A stretch of 64,000 bases of DNA from a virus (taxonomy: Duplodnaviria > Caudoviricetes). The notes under the pieces are model-generated. The model ran no database searches. It was not told where the DNA came from and worked only from the letters and a program-made list of their open reading frames with translations. How positions within the stretch are numbered: position 1 is the first letter of the stretch; every line of letters begins with the position of its first letter. The position numbers were made by a program, and so were the translations under genes. The stretch spans positions 136,364 through 200,363 of IMG/VR virus record IMGVR_UViG_3300048672_000970; one strand, 5' to 3'. Below, in pieces: positions 1 through 8,319 of the stretch.

Positions 1-2
1 GC

Positions 3-785
3 AAGTCGGTTGGCATGATTAACTTAGCGTTCAATCTTCTTAAACAAGGTTTGAACGGTATCTATGTTTCTCTGGAAATGGACGATTTGCTTGTTGCCAA
101 TCGTCTAGATTCCATCATCACCCGCATGAAGAAACAGAATCTGTTCGCCGACAAGCAATTGGTCGAAGATAAAGTTTTATCGTTCAAGAGTGAAGGTAGT
201 GGTAAATTCTTCATCAAGCGGATGCGAGAAAATACGACAACTGCCAATGATGTCCATGCGTATGCTCAACGAATTTCAGAATCCCGTGGTATCAAAATTG
301 ATTTCATTGTCGTGGATTACTTGGATATCATGTGTCCAAATTCTCGGCAAAACTCTGATAATCTGTTCATCAAAGAAAAACAAATTGCTGAAGAAGTTCG
401 GGCAATTGGTTTCGACCTAGATTGCATCATGATTTCAGCGGCGCAGCTTGGTCGAGCTTCGCACGAAATTATTGCTGATAACAAATCATTGGGACAGCAG
501 CACATTCAGGGCGGTATCAGTAAAATTAACACCAGTGACTTAGCAATCGCGCTAGTCAAACGTGAAGAAGCTGGCGAATACCAGATAGAATTTCTCAAGT
601 CTCGCAACTCAAGTGCAGTCGGCAAGAAGACGGTCTTAGCATGGCACAGTGACTGCCTGCTGATGACGGACATTGATGCGAAAGTACAAATTTTTACACA
701 ATCGGTGCTTGAGAAAAAGCTGACAACCTATGCTAAAATTCCCGGCGCAAGTTCATCAACTTCAATCGATTCTTTGTTCAACTAA
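3..785 (+). CDS. 41: Replicative DNA helicase, T4 gp41/DnaB-like (5' part outside window)
   Basis: Frame is open to the window edge (K-S-V-G-M = end of Walker A GKS). SF4 motifs: YVSLEM, FIVVDYLDIM, SAAQLGR, KSRN. Confidence 0.9.
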   Translation, partial: KSVGMINLAFNLLKQGLNGIYVSLEMDDLLVANRLDSIITRMKKQNLFADKQLVEDKVLSFKSEGSGKFFIKRMRENTTTANDVHAYAQRISESRGIKIDFIVVDYLDIMCPNSRQNSDNLFIKEKQIAEEVRAIGFDLDCIMISAAQLGRASHEIIADNKSLGQQHIQGGISKINTSDLAIALVKREEAGEYQIEFLKSRNSSAVGKKTVLAWHSDCLLMTDIDAKVQIFTQSVLEKKLTTYAKIPGASSSTSIDSLFN

Positions 786-801
786 CACCCGAAAGGCACA
801 C

Positions 802-1485
802 ATGACGCATATCATTTCAGACGAAGCTCGGCAAGCGATGACCGACGTTATCAACACCATTGGGGCGCAGCAAATGGTTCTATTTCTTTCCTCGGCCGGC
901 GGTGGTAAGACCACTGGACTGATTAATCTGTCCTCCAAATTCATGCAAAAGGGAATGAACGGCCTTTTCATTTCGTTTGAAGAAGATGCTGCATCTGTAG
1001 CGAATCGCTTCACTACCAGCGGGGATGAGAACTTCATTGCTGAATCAATGATTACCGTACAGGTGCAAAACGGTAGCAAGATTTGTGTTAAGCATCTGCC
1101 TCTCGAAGAAGCTTCCACTGAAACCATTAAACAGCATGCAGTTGATATTACTACAGCAACTGGTGTTAAATTTGATTTCATCGCAGTGGATTCACTGGAC
1201 ATGATTCGGCCCAATGTATCTTATACGAGTGATACTTATACCTCGGCTACGGCTCGCATTGCTAAGGAGATGTGCGCAATCGGTTTTGAACTAGATTGCC
1301 GCATCCTTACTGCAAAAACTACATCCCGGAATGCGCCACTTGGTCGCACGTTCTCGGAAATCGGCGCAGCAGACGTAGTAATGAAAATTGAAAATACCCG
1401 TGATGGGGTATGCTCCATGCATCTACTTAAGTGCCGTTCGGCCACGCCGTTGCGTGATAACATCCTGCTGCTCGATAATCAATAA
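802..1485 (+). CDS. Truncated gp41/DnaB-like ATPase paralog (RecA-fold domain only)
   Basis: Walker A SSAGGGKT, FISFEE, FIAVDSLDMI, AIGFELDC, KCRS; colinear with the upstream helicase. ATG 802 has an AAAGG RBS, so the ORF-track start at 730 is too early. Confidence 0.75.
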   Translation: MTHIISDEARQAMTDVINTIGAQQMVLFLSSAGGGKTTGLINLSSKFMQKGMNGLFISFEEDAASVANRFTTSGDENFIAESMITVQVQNGSKICVKHLPLEEASTETIKQHAVDITTATGVKFDFIAVDSLDMIRPNVSYTSDTYTSATARIAKEMCAIGFELDCRILTAKTTSRNAPLGRTFSEIGAADVVMKIENTRDGVCSMHLLKCRSATPLRDNILLLDNQ

Positions 1486-1512
1486 CTCTAACACACCAAC
1501 TAAAAGGAAACT

Positions 1513-1953
1513 ATGACTCAAACCCTCAAGCTCAAAAAGATTTACCCGGACGTTATTGAACCAAAGTATGCCACTGCCGGCTCCAACTGCTTTGACATCC
1601 ATGCATATATCAAAGAGCCAGTAATTATTCAGCCGGGTCAATCTGTCATGATTGAATCTGGCCTCGCAATGGGTATCCCGCCCAATTATGTAGTCCTCAT
1701 TTTCAGCCGGTCTGGACATGGGCACAAGCATCGTATCCGCCTGTCAAATACAACCGGCGTCATTGACTCTGATTATGTCAATCAAGTTTATATCCCGGTA
1801 TGCAATGATTCTGCAGACACGGCCTACACTATCAGACCGGGTGATCGAATTGCGCAGGCGATGCTGATTTACGCCCCTCAAGCCAGTTTTGAATGGGTGG
1901 AGCAACTGGAAGTGACTACTCGTGCCGGTGGATTTGGGTCAACTGGTAAATAA
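1513..1953 (+). CDS. dut: Trimeric dUTPase
   Basis: Motifs AGSNCFDI, FSRSG, GVIDSDY, GDRIAQ, RAGGFGSTG. Confidence 0.95.
   Translation: MTQTLKLKKIYPDVIEPKYATAGSNCFDIHAYIKEPVIIQPGQSVMIESGLAMGIPPNYVVLIFSRSGHGHKHRIRLSNTTGVIDSDYVNQVYIPVCNDSADTAYTIRPGDRIAQAMLIYAPQASFEWVEQLEVTTRAGGFGSTGK
1947..1952 (+). promoter_or_regulatory. T4-type late promoter (TAAATA)
   Basis: TAAATA overlaps the dut stop, 20 nt upstream of ATG 1972. Confidence 0.5.
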
Positions 1954-1971
1954 CGGAAACCTGCATAATTC

Positions 1972-2322
1972 ATGCTCCTTGATAAAATCATTTCCGACCA
2001 GCCAACCGAAGTTTTAGAAGAAAGCTCGAACCAAATGTCAATTAGTTCGCTGTGCAAAATCGGCATCAATATGAGTGATGCTGATTTCTGGCTCACCCGT
2101 AAAGGGTCTGAAAAAGTGGTTGGCAAACCTGTAAAGGAATTTAACGCGGAGAACATTGGTATCAAAGTGACTGCCACTGACAAAATCTATCCGGATTATT
2201 TGTTCTATGTGTTCATGCATTTGCACACGACCGGCTATTGGCAAGCTAACTCACGTGGCACGCTCGCTCTTAAAAATATTTCGGTGTCAGATGTGAAAGC
2301 ACTGTCTTTCGGGTTACAATAA
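1972..2322 (+). CDS. Small protein resembling one HsdS target-recognition half-domain, with an acidic N-terminal leader ending VLEES
   Basis: PDYLFYVF...SRGTLALKNISVSDVKAL resembles the Methylase_S conserved segment (recognised by eye). Confidence 0.55.
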   Translation: MLLDKIISDQPTEVLEESSNQMSISSLCKIGINMSDADFWLTRKGSEKVVGKPVKEFNAENIGIKVTATDKIYPDYLFYVFMHLHTTGYWQANSRGTLALKNISVSDVKALSFGLQ

Positions 2323-2381
2323 CATTTGTTAGGCTTTCCCCGCTTGCCTGTAAAAGCGGGACTCATTAGGAGAAAAACACA

Positions 2382-2621
2382 ATGAATGAAACTTTCACTT
2401 TTGAAGGTGTTGAATACACTGTCAGCCAATTTTCACAAGATGTTCAAAATTCCATCGCGCTCATGAAGCTGATTCAGCAAGATCGGGCGAAGGCGGAAGT
2501 TGAACTGGTCAAGTGTAATGGTGCGCTTGAAACCCTCAATCAACGGGTTTCCGGTATGGTTAAAACCGAACTTGAGGCGAAGAAGACTCCGAAGGTTGAA
2601 GCGGAAGTGGTCGGCGAGTAA
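2382..2621 (+). CDS. Small coiled-coil phage protein (DUF6447-like)
   Basis: TFEGVEY start followed by a heptad helix; AGGAG RBS. Confidence 0.6.
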   Translation: MNETFTFEGVEYTVSQFSQDVQNSIALMKLIQQDRAKAEVELVKCNGALETLNQRVSGMVKTELEAKKTPKVEAEVVGE

Positions 2622-2623
2622 AG

Positions 2624-2647
2624 TAAGGGGAGTTAAAACTCCCCTTA
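2624..2647. terminator. Intergenic hairpin
   Basis: taaggggagt-taaa-actcccctta, 10-bp stem with no clear U-tract. Confidence 0.5.
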
Positions 2648-2654
2648 AAACATT

Positions 2655-4049
2655 ATGGACAATAACCTTTTCATTCCAAAAACCATTCGAGTTGGGTTTC
2701 AAAAGCGCGATGATACATTTACCGGAAAACTGGCGTATGTGATTTATTTTGATGCTCAAGGAAATCTGCGTCAAGAAAAGTCGTGGCATCAGCGGCGTGA
2801 CCGAGAAATTAATTTCATCGATTTTGAAAACACACCAAAGCCCAATTTCGTTTTGAACAAGGGTGTTCATCGGCAAGGATATTTTGGCTCAGGAAGAAAT
2901 GTCATTCGAGTGTATGACCAGAGAGATTTCGAGTTTGAAATCACTGTCGATAATTTGCTAGGTATCCTAATGCATTCAGACGTTTCTAAACGAGACATCA
3001 TGGAAGAATGCGTTTATGCTTGGAGTGGCAAAAATCTTGTTCTGTTACCAGTTAATTCGGTTGAGTATCAAAATTCAGTGAAGCATACTGAAAAACAGGC
3101 AGTTAAAATGTCCACGAAGGATTTTGTCAAGGGTTATACGTACATCAAAAAGAAAAGTGAGCAACACTGTGTCTATCTAGGATATTACCATTTTTACGAA
3201 CCTCAACCCGACTACGTGTATGGAAAAGACGGGAAGCAATATTTTACGGCTTATGGATGGCAAAAAGAAAAGGGCAAGAAGCATGTTTTCGCTATTCAAC
3301 TTCCGGAAACATCCAGCATCCGATTTGAGTACCTTTCGCCTGCACAACTAGGGGGCGTAGTTGATGCAAACGTCCATGACGAATATGCTTCAATCCTTGA
3401 TGAGTTTCTAACCAGTTTCAGTGGTGCGCAAGTTGCCAAGTATGAGGTGTTCATGCCTGATAACGAAACGATTAAGAAGAAACTAGAAGGTAAAATCCGA
3501 CTGCATATCCAGCAAATGAGAAGCAACCATGGCGGAAACATTACAGGTTACCTCAACAATGGTAGCTATGTGAGGTATTTTTTCAGCGAGCACAATGGGA
3601 TGGAGATTGTGTATGGTAGATTTGACGAGAATAATCAGGAAGGGTTGATTCCGGTACGAAGCGAATATTCAGACCTGTTTTATAATTACGGCACATACTT
3701 TGTAAAAGAGGGTTCGGCCGGAGATTTCCTGACCCGAATTGCTGAAGGGCAACCGTGGAGTCTTGATGAGATTGAATTGTCATTTATCCATTCGCGGAGT
3801 ATGAACCGTGACCAGGCGAAAATCATCCAAGAGTTTTTGAACAAGCGCGGTCGTAACATTTCGGTGATTGATAAACAATATGAAAAATATGGTTCGGTCA
3901 AATATAATGTCCTTACCAACACCGACGGTTCAGAGAACATTACTTTCTCTTATACTGAAATGCTAGATTTGCTTAGAGAGCAGAACGTTGGCCGGGGTCT
4001 TCGGGCCTATTTTGAAGGGTGTGAAACCCCTGTAACTTTGAAGGAATAA
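2655..4049 (+). CDS. Conserved phage hypothetical protein (464 aa)
   Basis: Long ORF. The N-terminus (IPKTIRVGFQKR..TGKLAYVIY..EKSW) resembles a widespread phage family of unknown function. Confidence 0.85.
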   Translation: MDNNLFIPKTIRVGFQKRDDTFTGKLAYVIYFDAQGNLRQEKSWHQRRDREINFIDFENTPKPNFVLNKGVHRQGYFGSGRNVIRVYDQRDFEFEITVDNLLGILMHSDVSKRDIMEECVYAWSGKNLVLLPVNSVEYQNSVKHTEKQAVKMSTKDFVKGYTYIKKKSEQHCVYLGYYHFYEPQPDYVYGKDGKQYFTAYGWQKEKGKKHVFAIQLPETSSIRFEYLSPAQLGGVVDANVHDEYASILDEFLTSFSGAQVAKYEVFMPDNETIKKKLEGKIRLHIQQMRSNHGGNITGYLNNGSYVRYFFSEHNGMEIVYGRFDENNQEGLIPVRSEYSDLFYNYGTYFVKEGSAGDFLTRIAEGQPWSLDEIELSFIHSRSMNRDQAKIIQEFLNKRGRNISVIDKQYEKYGSVKYNVLTNTDGSENITFSYTEMLDLLREQNVGRGLRAYFEGCETPVTLKE

Positions 4050-4052
4050 CAA

Positions 4053-4457
4053 ATGGAATTTAAGATTACCCTTGAAATGACAGGAGAGCAATTGCGTGAA
4101 CATGCACTTCAAACCATCTTTGCGGAACAGATGGAAAAGAATACTCCCTGTGATGGAATTTATCCAACATCGTTTTCAGAGTTCAAATCGAATTTTGATG
4201 CGATGATTGACATACTCAATCCGAGTAAAGCTAAATCAATTGAAGAAATTCAGTCGCTGTATAACGGGAAAGTTAAGCAATGGGCCGAGCATAAAGGAGC
4301 AACCCTGCTTTTCTACATGCTGACAACCAATGAACCTAAAGCCATTTCAACCAGTGTTTATAAGATTTGGTCTGACGAAATCACCCGTGAAACTTTCAAA
4401 GATAAAATGTTCACCGAAATGGCATCTGAAATCATGCCACGCTTTGTAAAGGAATAA
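4053..4457 (+). CDS. Hypothetical protein
   Basis: Tightly packed ORF with an AAGGA RBS. Confidence 0.8.
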   Translation: MEFKITLEMTGEQLREHALQTIFAEQMEKNTPCDGIYPTSFSEFKSNFDAMIDILNPSKAKSIEEIQSLYNGKVKQWAEHKGATLLFYMLTTNEPKAISTSVYKIWSDEITRETFKDKMFTEMASEIMPRFVKE

Positions 4458-4460
4458 AAC

Positions 4461-4907
4461 ATGACTGATACCATTGACTCGAAAATTGGTACGTTGCTTG
4501 AAGAACTTCGCAAGCGTCAACAAGACGTTAAACAGGCTGAGAGGGAATCACAGCAGAAATGGCAAACCAATTGCTCGTTTACGGGAATTTTCCCCAAGCC
4601 GCGCCCGATCAATCTTCAAACGGCTACCCCTGAAGGGCTTAAAGCGGTCGTGCGGGAACTCATCGTTATCCGAAACGCCGAACTAGAATCCTCAGCTATT
4701 CTTGAGCAGCCGGCCGATTATTCAGTGGATGGCTATTCGATTGATGCTTGGCTGGCTGATTGTAAGAAGCGTGCAGCTATTCAGAACCTGCGAGAAAAAC
4801 AGAACAAGCTGGAACAACTGCAAACTCGGCTAGACGCCATTGTGTCACCTGAACAAAAACGACAGATGGAACTGGATGCCATCTCGAAAGAGTTTGATGG
4901 AATGTAA
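4461..4907 (+). CDS. Hypothetical coiled-coil protein
   Basis: Tightly packed ORF with an AAGGA RBS; ends at a bidirectional terminator. Confidence 0.8.
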   Translation: MTDTIDSKIGTLLEELRKRQQDVKQAERESQQKWQTNCSFTGIFPKPRPINLQTATPEGLKAVVRELIVIRNAELESSAILEQPADYSVDGYSIDAWLADCKKRAAIQNLREKQNKLEQLQTRLDAIVSPEQKRQMELDAISKEFDGM

Positions 4908-4932
4908 AAGAGGGGGCAATGGCCCCTCTTTT
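4906..4932. terminator. Bidirectional intrinsic terminator
   Basis: aaaagagggg...cccctctttt between convergent genes. Confidence 0.85.
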
Positions 4933-5677
4933 ATTGTGGGTGAATGACCCAGCAATCGGCCACTAACGAACTTGCCGAATCAATTCCATCGAACCATTGG
5001 TAATCCATTTGGAAATCGCCGTTCAGTCCCCAATCCTTACCCCATGAATTACGCACCCAGATAATTTGCTTGGTATCATCGTAACCTACAGCCACGACAG
5101 CATGGCCGCCAATAATCGAATCTAATGCAGTAGGAAATCTAACATAGCCAGTATTTGCCACTTCAGCAGATTCAAAATAATCAGGTACTGAGAATCCAAA
5201 AATAACTGGCAAACCGGCTGCTAACGCAATTTTGAATTGAGTTAAACTGGTGACACGTTCATACGATTTGATTTTAGCTTGAATGGCTAAAGCCTTCTTG
5301 TAAGCAGATTTAGTCGGCTTCGTCTTGAATTTCTTGATGATGTACGGCCAATTAATTTCCTCACAAACACCATAGGTTTGAAATCCTTTAATGACATCTC
5401 GCAGTTCTGCCCCGGCATCTTGGCGAGTAGTTCCTTCAAAAATTCTCGCATTGTAATAAGCCATCAGCCGGGAAAGTGGATTAGACTTCGTAACAATTTC
5501 TAAAGCGGTGGTAGATGAATTGCCTGTACAAGAACCAAGTTGACCTTGGTCTTCTACCGGATTGTTCCCGTCAAAGGGAGGCACGATGGATGGTAAAACT
5601 GCAGGTGCTTGGAGGCTGAAAGCGTAGTCTCGGTGGTCGGGTGTGCTGGCTTTCCATGTGTAACGAACGGTCATCAA
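4931..5677 (-). CDS. Papain-like cysteine peptidase (family C1A)
   Basis: DQGQLGSCT (oxyanion Q, catalytic C), GGHAV (H), NSWGKDWG (N). Confidence 0.92.
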   Translation of the reverse strand: MMTVRYTWKASTPDHRDYAFSLQAPAVLPSIVPPFDGNNPVEDQGQLGSCTGNSSTTALEIVTKSNPLSRLMAYYNARIFEGTTRQDAGAELRDVIKGFQTYGVCEEINWPYIIKKFKTKPTKSAYKKALAIQAKIKSYERVTSLTQFKIALAAGLPVIFGFSVPDYFESAEVANTGYVRFPTALDSIIGGHAVVAVGYDDTKQIIWVRNSWGKDWGLNGDFQMDYQWFDGIDSASSLVADCWVIHPQ

Positions 5678-5693
5678 ATTTTTCCTTTTCTTT

Positions 5694-5699
5694 TATTTA
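5694..5699 (-). promoter_or_regulatory. T4-type late promoter (TAAATA) for the C1A peptidase
   Basis: TATTTA on + strand, 17 nt upstream of the minus-strand start, with an AAGGA RBS between. Confidence 0.6.
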
Positions 5700-5818
5700 A
5701 GGGAGTTTAAGATGTGGTGAATGGAATGGGTGCAATTTGTTAAGGTGTAACAGAATGCAACGGCTCTTGACCACTTTGATGAATCAGATAGAATAGCGTC
5801 ATCAACAAGGAGAACACG

Positions 5819-6037
5819 ATGACTGCAGAAATTTTCGACCCGAAGCGTTACGTTGTTATCGGTTTTAATGCCACCCGGCGTCAAGTGAATTCCGGCCGAG
5901 TGCTGCCGGTCGAGAGGGCAGCTACGGAAAACATTCAATCGGCAACCCTGTACGTGAAGCAGTTTCAGAAGGATCACAAATTTGTTATCCTCGTTGATAA
6001 CCAAACCGGCGACCGTCAATATTTCCAAGGAGAGTGA
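5819..6037 (+). CDS. Hypothetical protein
   Basis: 72-aa ORF with an AAGGAG RBS. Confidence 0.7.
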   Translation: MTAEIFDPKRYVVIGFNATRRQVNSGRVLPVERAATENIQSATLYVKQFQKDHKFVILVDNQTGDRQYFQGE

Positions 6038-6040
6038 ATC

Positions 6041-6211
6041 ATGCGACCGAACCTGAAGGCTTTCATCATTACTCGCAACGGACGTTGCGGCATCGTCACC
6101 AACCATGACCGACTGGACATGAATGGTTTCATTGTCGATATCGTTGACTTCGTGGCGCCGGACGGAAAGGTCTGGTGGACGAGTCTGGAACAAATTGAAT
6201 TTGCGTCTTGA
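6041..6211 (+). CDS. Small hypothetical protein (56 aa, MRPNLKAFIITRNG...; not in ORF track)
   Basis: ATG 3 nt after the previous stop, AAGGAG upstream, followed by a terminator. Confidence 0.65.
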   Translation: MRPNLKAFIITRNGRCGIVTNHDRLDMNGFIVDIVDFVAPDGKVWWTSLEQIEFAS

Positions 6212-6221
6212 CTCATTAAAG

Positions 6222-6248
6222 AAATGCCGCCCCATAACGCGGCATTTT
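6222..6248 (+). terminator. Intrinsic terminator
   Basis: aaatgccgc...gcggcatttt. Confidence 0.6.
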
Positions 6249-6274
6249 GCTAGAAACTTACTTAAGGATGAATT

Positions 6275-6454
6275 ATGATTGATGAAAATGTTGAAGATGC
6301 TTTTGTAGAGGCATTTCTAATTGAGCACATTGCTAGCCGAGGTGAAGAAATCAATCAAGAGTGTTTTGACAAAGCTATTGCTGCATGTAAAAGTAATGTG
6401 GCTGATGCATGTATTCTTTATGATATTTTTAAACTTGCAAAGGAAAAATCGTGA
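6275..6454 (+). CDS. Small hypothetical protein (59 aa, MIDENVEDAF...; not in ORF track)
   Basis: AAGGA RBS; the stop overlaps the next start (GTGA). Confidence 0.65.
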   Translation: MIDENVEDAFVEAFLIEHIASRGEEINQECFDKAIAACKSNVADACILYDIFKLAKEKS

Positions 6455-6957
6455 AAGTGTTTATTGGGGAATACCCAACGTACATTACGCCATTCACCAT
6501 CGCTGAATGGATTCTCTTTTGGAAGCATCCTGACCACGATGCGGTATTTGAACTCGGGCTGAAGCTTTGCGGTTCTGATGAAAATCGCTCATGGCTGGCC
6601 CGACTTTGTAACTGGTATAACAACCGCCAGCAGCGGAAAATCAAGGTTAGTGTTGACCGCTCGGATTCTTATTCCGCATATCACACCCTGGCGCTCATTA
6701 TTGCGCCCACGCTTATTCGACTGAAACAGGATAAATTCGGAAGCCCAGTCACTGATGATGCCGATGCTCCCGAAAATCTCGCTGGTGAAGAACTGATGCA
6801 CGAGCGGTGGAATTGGATTCTTGACGAAATGATTTGGGCGTTCACGCAAATTGCAGAACAAGCTGACCCAGAACTTGATGAAATTGAAGCATGGGATGCT
6901 CGTGTCAAAAACGGGCAACGTCTATTTGGTAAGTATTACCAAAACCTTTGGTGGTAA
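6451..6957 (+). CDS. Conserved T4-like phage hypothetical protein; paralog of 50047..50625
   Basis: IKVSVDRSD..AYHTLALII..L..LK, WNWILDEMIWAF, NGQRLFGKYYQNLW. Confidence 0.8.
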   Translation: MKVFIGEYPTYITPFTIAEWILFWKHPDHDAVFELGLKLCGSDENRSWLARLCNWYNNRQQRKIKVSVDRSDSYSAYHTLALIIAPTLIRLKQDKFGSPVTDDADAPENLAGEELMHERWNWILDEMIWAFTQIAEQADPELDEIEAWDARVKNGQRLFGKYYQNLWW

Positions 6958-6972
6958 ATGAAAGGAAGAAAA

Positions 6973-7209
6973 ATGAATGAAAATAACCCGATGACCAACT
7001 ATCTCCGGTTCAAGTCGCAAATTGTCAAGCGACTCGCCGCCGAATGTGGGCTGCATGTTGATGAACATAACTTGGAAGTGGCTGTTAAGGAACTGGAATT
7101 CCTGCTAGACCAACTAGATGACGAACTCTACCATATGGAGCTGGATGTTTACGAACTCTACCATATGGAGCTGGATGTTGAGCTGGACGCTAGAGCAAAC
7201 GTCCGTTAA
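6973..7209 (+). CDS. Hypothetical protein with a C-terminal 10-aa tandem duplication
   Basis: ELYHMELDVY/ELYHMELDVE encoded by a 30-bp tandem repeat. Confidence 0.65.
   Translation: MNENNPMTNYLRFKSQIVKRLAAECGLHVDEHNLEVAVKELEFLLDQLDDELYHMELDVYELYHMELDVELDARANVR
7121..7179 (+). repeat. 30-bp-period tandem duplication
   Basis: acgaactctaccatatggagctggatgtt twice (7121 and 7151). Confidence 0.95.
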
Positions 7210-7215
7210 CACATT

Positions 7216-7281
7216 TTTACACTCCTGATACACGGCTCACTTGATGAGCCTAATAAATACAAGATGAATCAGGAGTGTAAA
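7216..7281 (+). promoter_or_regulatory. RBS-sequestering hairpin with an internal late promoter (TAAATA 7254-7259)
   Basis: tttacactcctgat (7216-7229) is the exact reverse complement of atcaggagtgtaaa (7268-7281), which holds the SD and the A of ATG. Confidence 0.8.
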
Positions 7282-7712
7282 TGAAGCGTTTGATTGCAGG
7301 TCTAGCCATTTTTTGCGGGACAGTGTTCGCCACTGTCCCTATTGTCATTAAACCCGCTGGAGGGCCGATGCAGCCCTCTGACGTGGTTGTTTCTGCGATG
7401 CTCAATCGAACACTGGATTACCGGGTGTGTGGCGAGCCTACGAGAGACAAATTCGGAAACATCCTTCGCAGCCAAGCGGTCTTGAATGCTTTCAAACGAA
7501 TTCATCCGTGTCCTATTACTGGATTGAGCACGGGTGCTTGTCCTGGCTGGCAAATCAATCATACCATTCCGTTAGCAAAGGGTGGATGTGATGCAGTCTA
7601 CAATTTAGACTGGATGCCTGAACAAATCAAAACATGCACCGACCCGTGGTGTCGAGATAGGTGGGAACGACTTTATAACGGAGATCCGCACGGTGTCATC
7701 AAATTTCAGTGA
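7281..7712 (+). CDS. HNH-motif protein with a predicted N-terminal signal peptide
   Basis: MKRLIAGLAIFCGTVFA leader; RS...FKRIHPCPITG...GACPGWQINHTIPLAKGGCDAVYNLDW. Confidence 0.75.
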   Translation: MKRLIAGLAIFCGTVFATVPIVIKPAGGPMQPSDVVVSAMLNRTLDYRVCGEPTRDKFGNILRSQAVLNAFKRIHPCPITGLSTGACPGWQINHTIPLAKGGCDAVYNLDWMPEQIKTCTDPWCRDRWERLYNGDPHGVIKFQ

Positions 7713-7755
7713 ATACTGTGGTAGAATTGCTCCATCATAACTTTTTGGAGTTCTA

Positions 7756-7965
7756 ATGTACTCAAACGATTTTGAAGACCTAATCGAACATGCTTATTGG
7801 GTATTTGATGCCCGACGAAATGGATATCCACCCTATAAAAATGATACGGCTTATTCTGAACGAGATGATTTCAAAATGGCTTTACGAGAAGCTTTGTCGA
7901 AGTTGATGGGTCACCCCGGTGATGATGACCCATCTGTGAAACAATCATCACCATCCACTAACTGA
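7756..7965 (+). CDS. Hypothetical protein
   Basis: GGAG RBS; extended -10 TGgTAGAAT at 7719-7727. Confidence 0.7.
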   Translation: MYSNDFEDLIEHAYWVFDARRNGYPPYKNDTAYSERDDFKMALREALSKLMGHPGDDDPSVKQSSPSTN

Positions 7966-7976
7966 AAAGGTAAAAT

Positions 7977-8273
7977 ATGCTTTTTGAAACTCAACTTGCG
8001 GCTATTAATAGCGCTCCTATTTTCATGCTCAAATTTTATGTGATGCATCCATATGAACCGCAAACAATTGCTTTGCAAAGCCCCACTGTAACTTCTGACG
8101 AGCTATATCAATACATTGATGTTCTCAAATCTAAATTTGAAACCGTTAATGATTCAGTGCGAATTCCAATTCTGAAGGTGAAGCCCGAAATGGATGAGAA
8201 CTGGCCGAAAATGTTCGATTTTTTCCAGACCTTTGAGCCACTGGTAGACCCTAAGACGGTGGAAGGGCTATAA
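7977..8273 (+). CDS. Hypothetical protein
   Basis: AAAGG RBS; followed by a terminator. Confidence 0.7.
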   Translation: MLFETQLAAINSAPIFMLKFYVMHPYEPQTIALQSPTVTSDELYQYIDVLKSKFETVNDSVRIPILKVKPEMDENWPKMFDFFQTFEPLVDPKTVEGL

Positions 8274-8280
8274 TAAAGTA

Positions 8281-8301
8281 AAAGCGGGCTTGGCCCGCTT
8301 T
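8281..8301 (+). terminator. Intrinsic terminator-like hairpin
   Basis: aaagcgggc-ttg-gcccgcttt. Confidence 0.65.
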
Positions 8302-8319
8302 ACGCTTTGAAAGCAGAAC

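Noticed and set aside
7281-7712. HNH gene as a homing endonuclease
   Set aside because: It has a signal-peptide-like leader, no DNA-binding extension, and does not interrupt a conserved gene.
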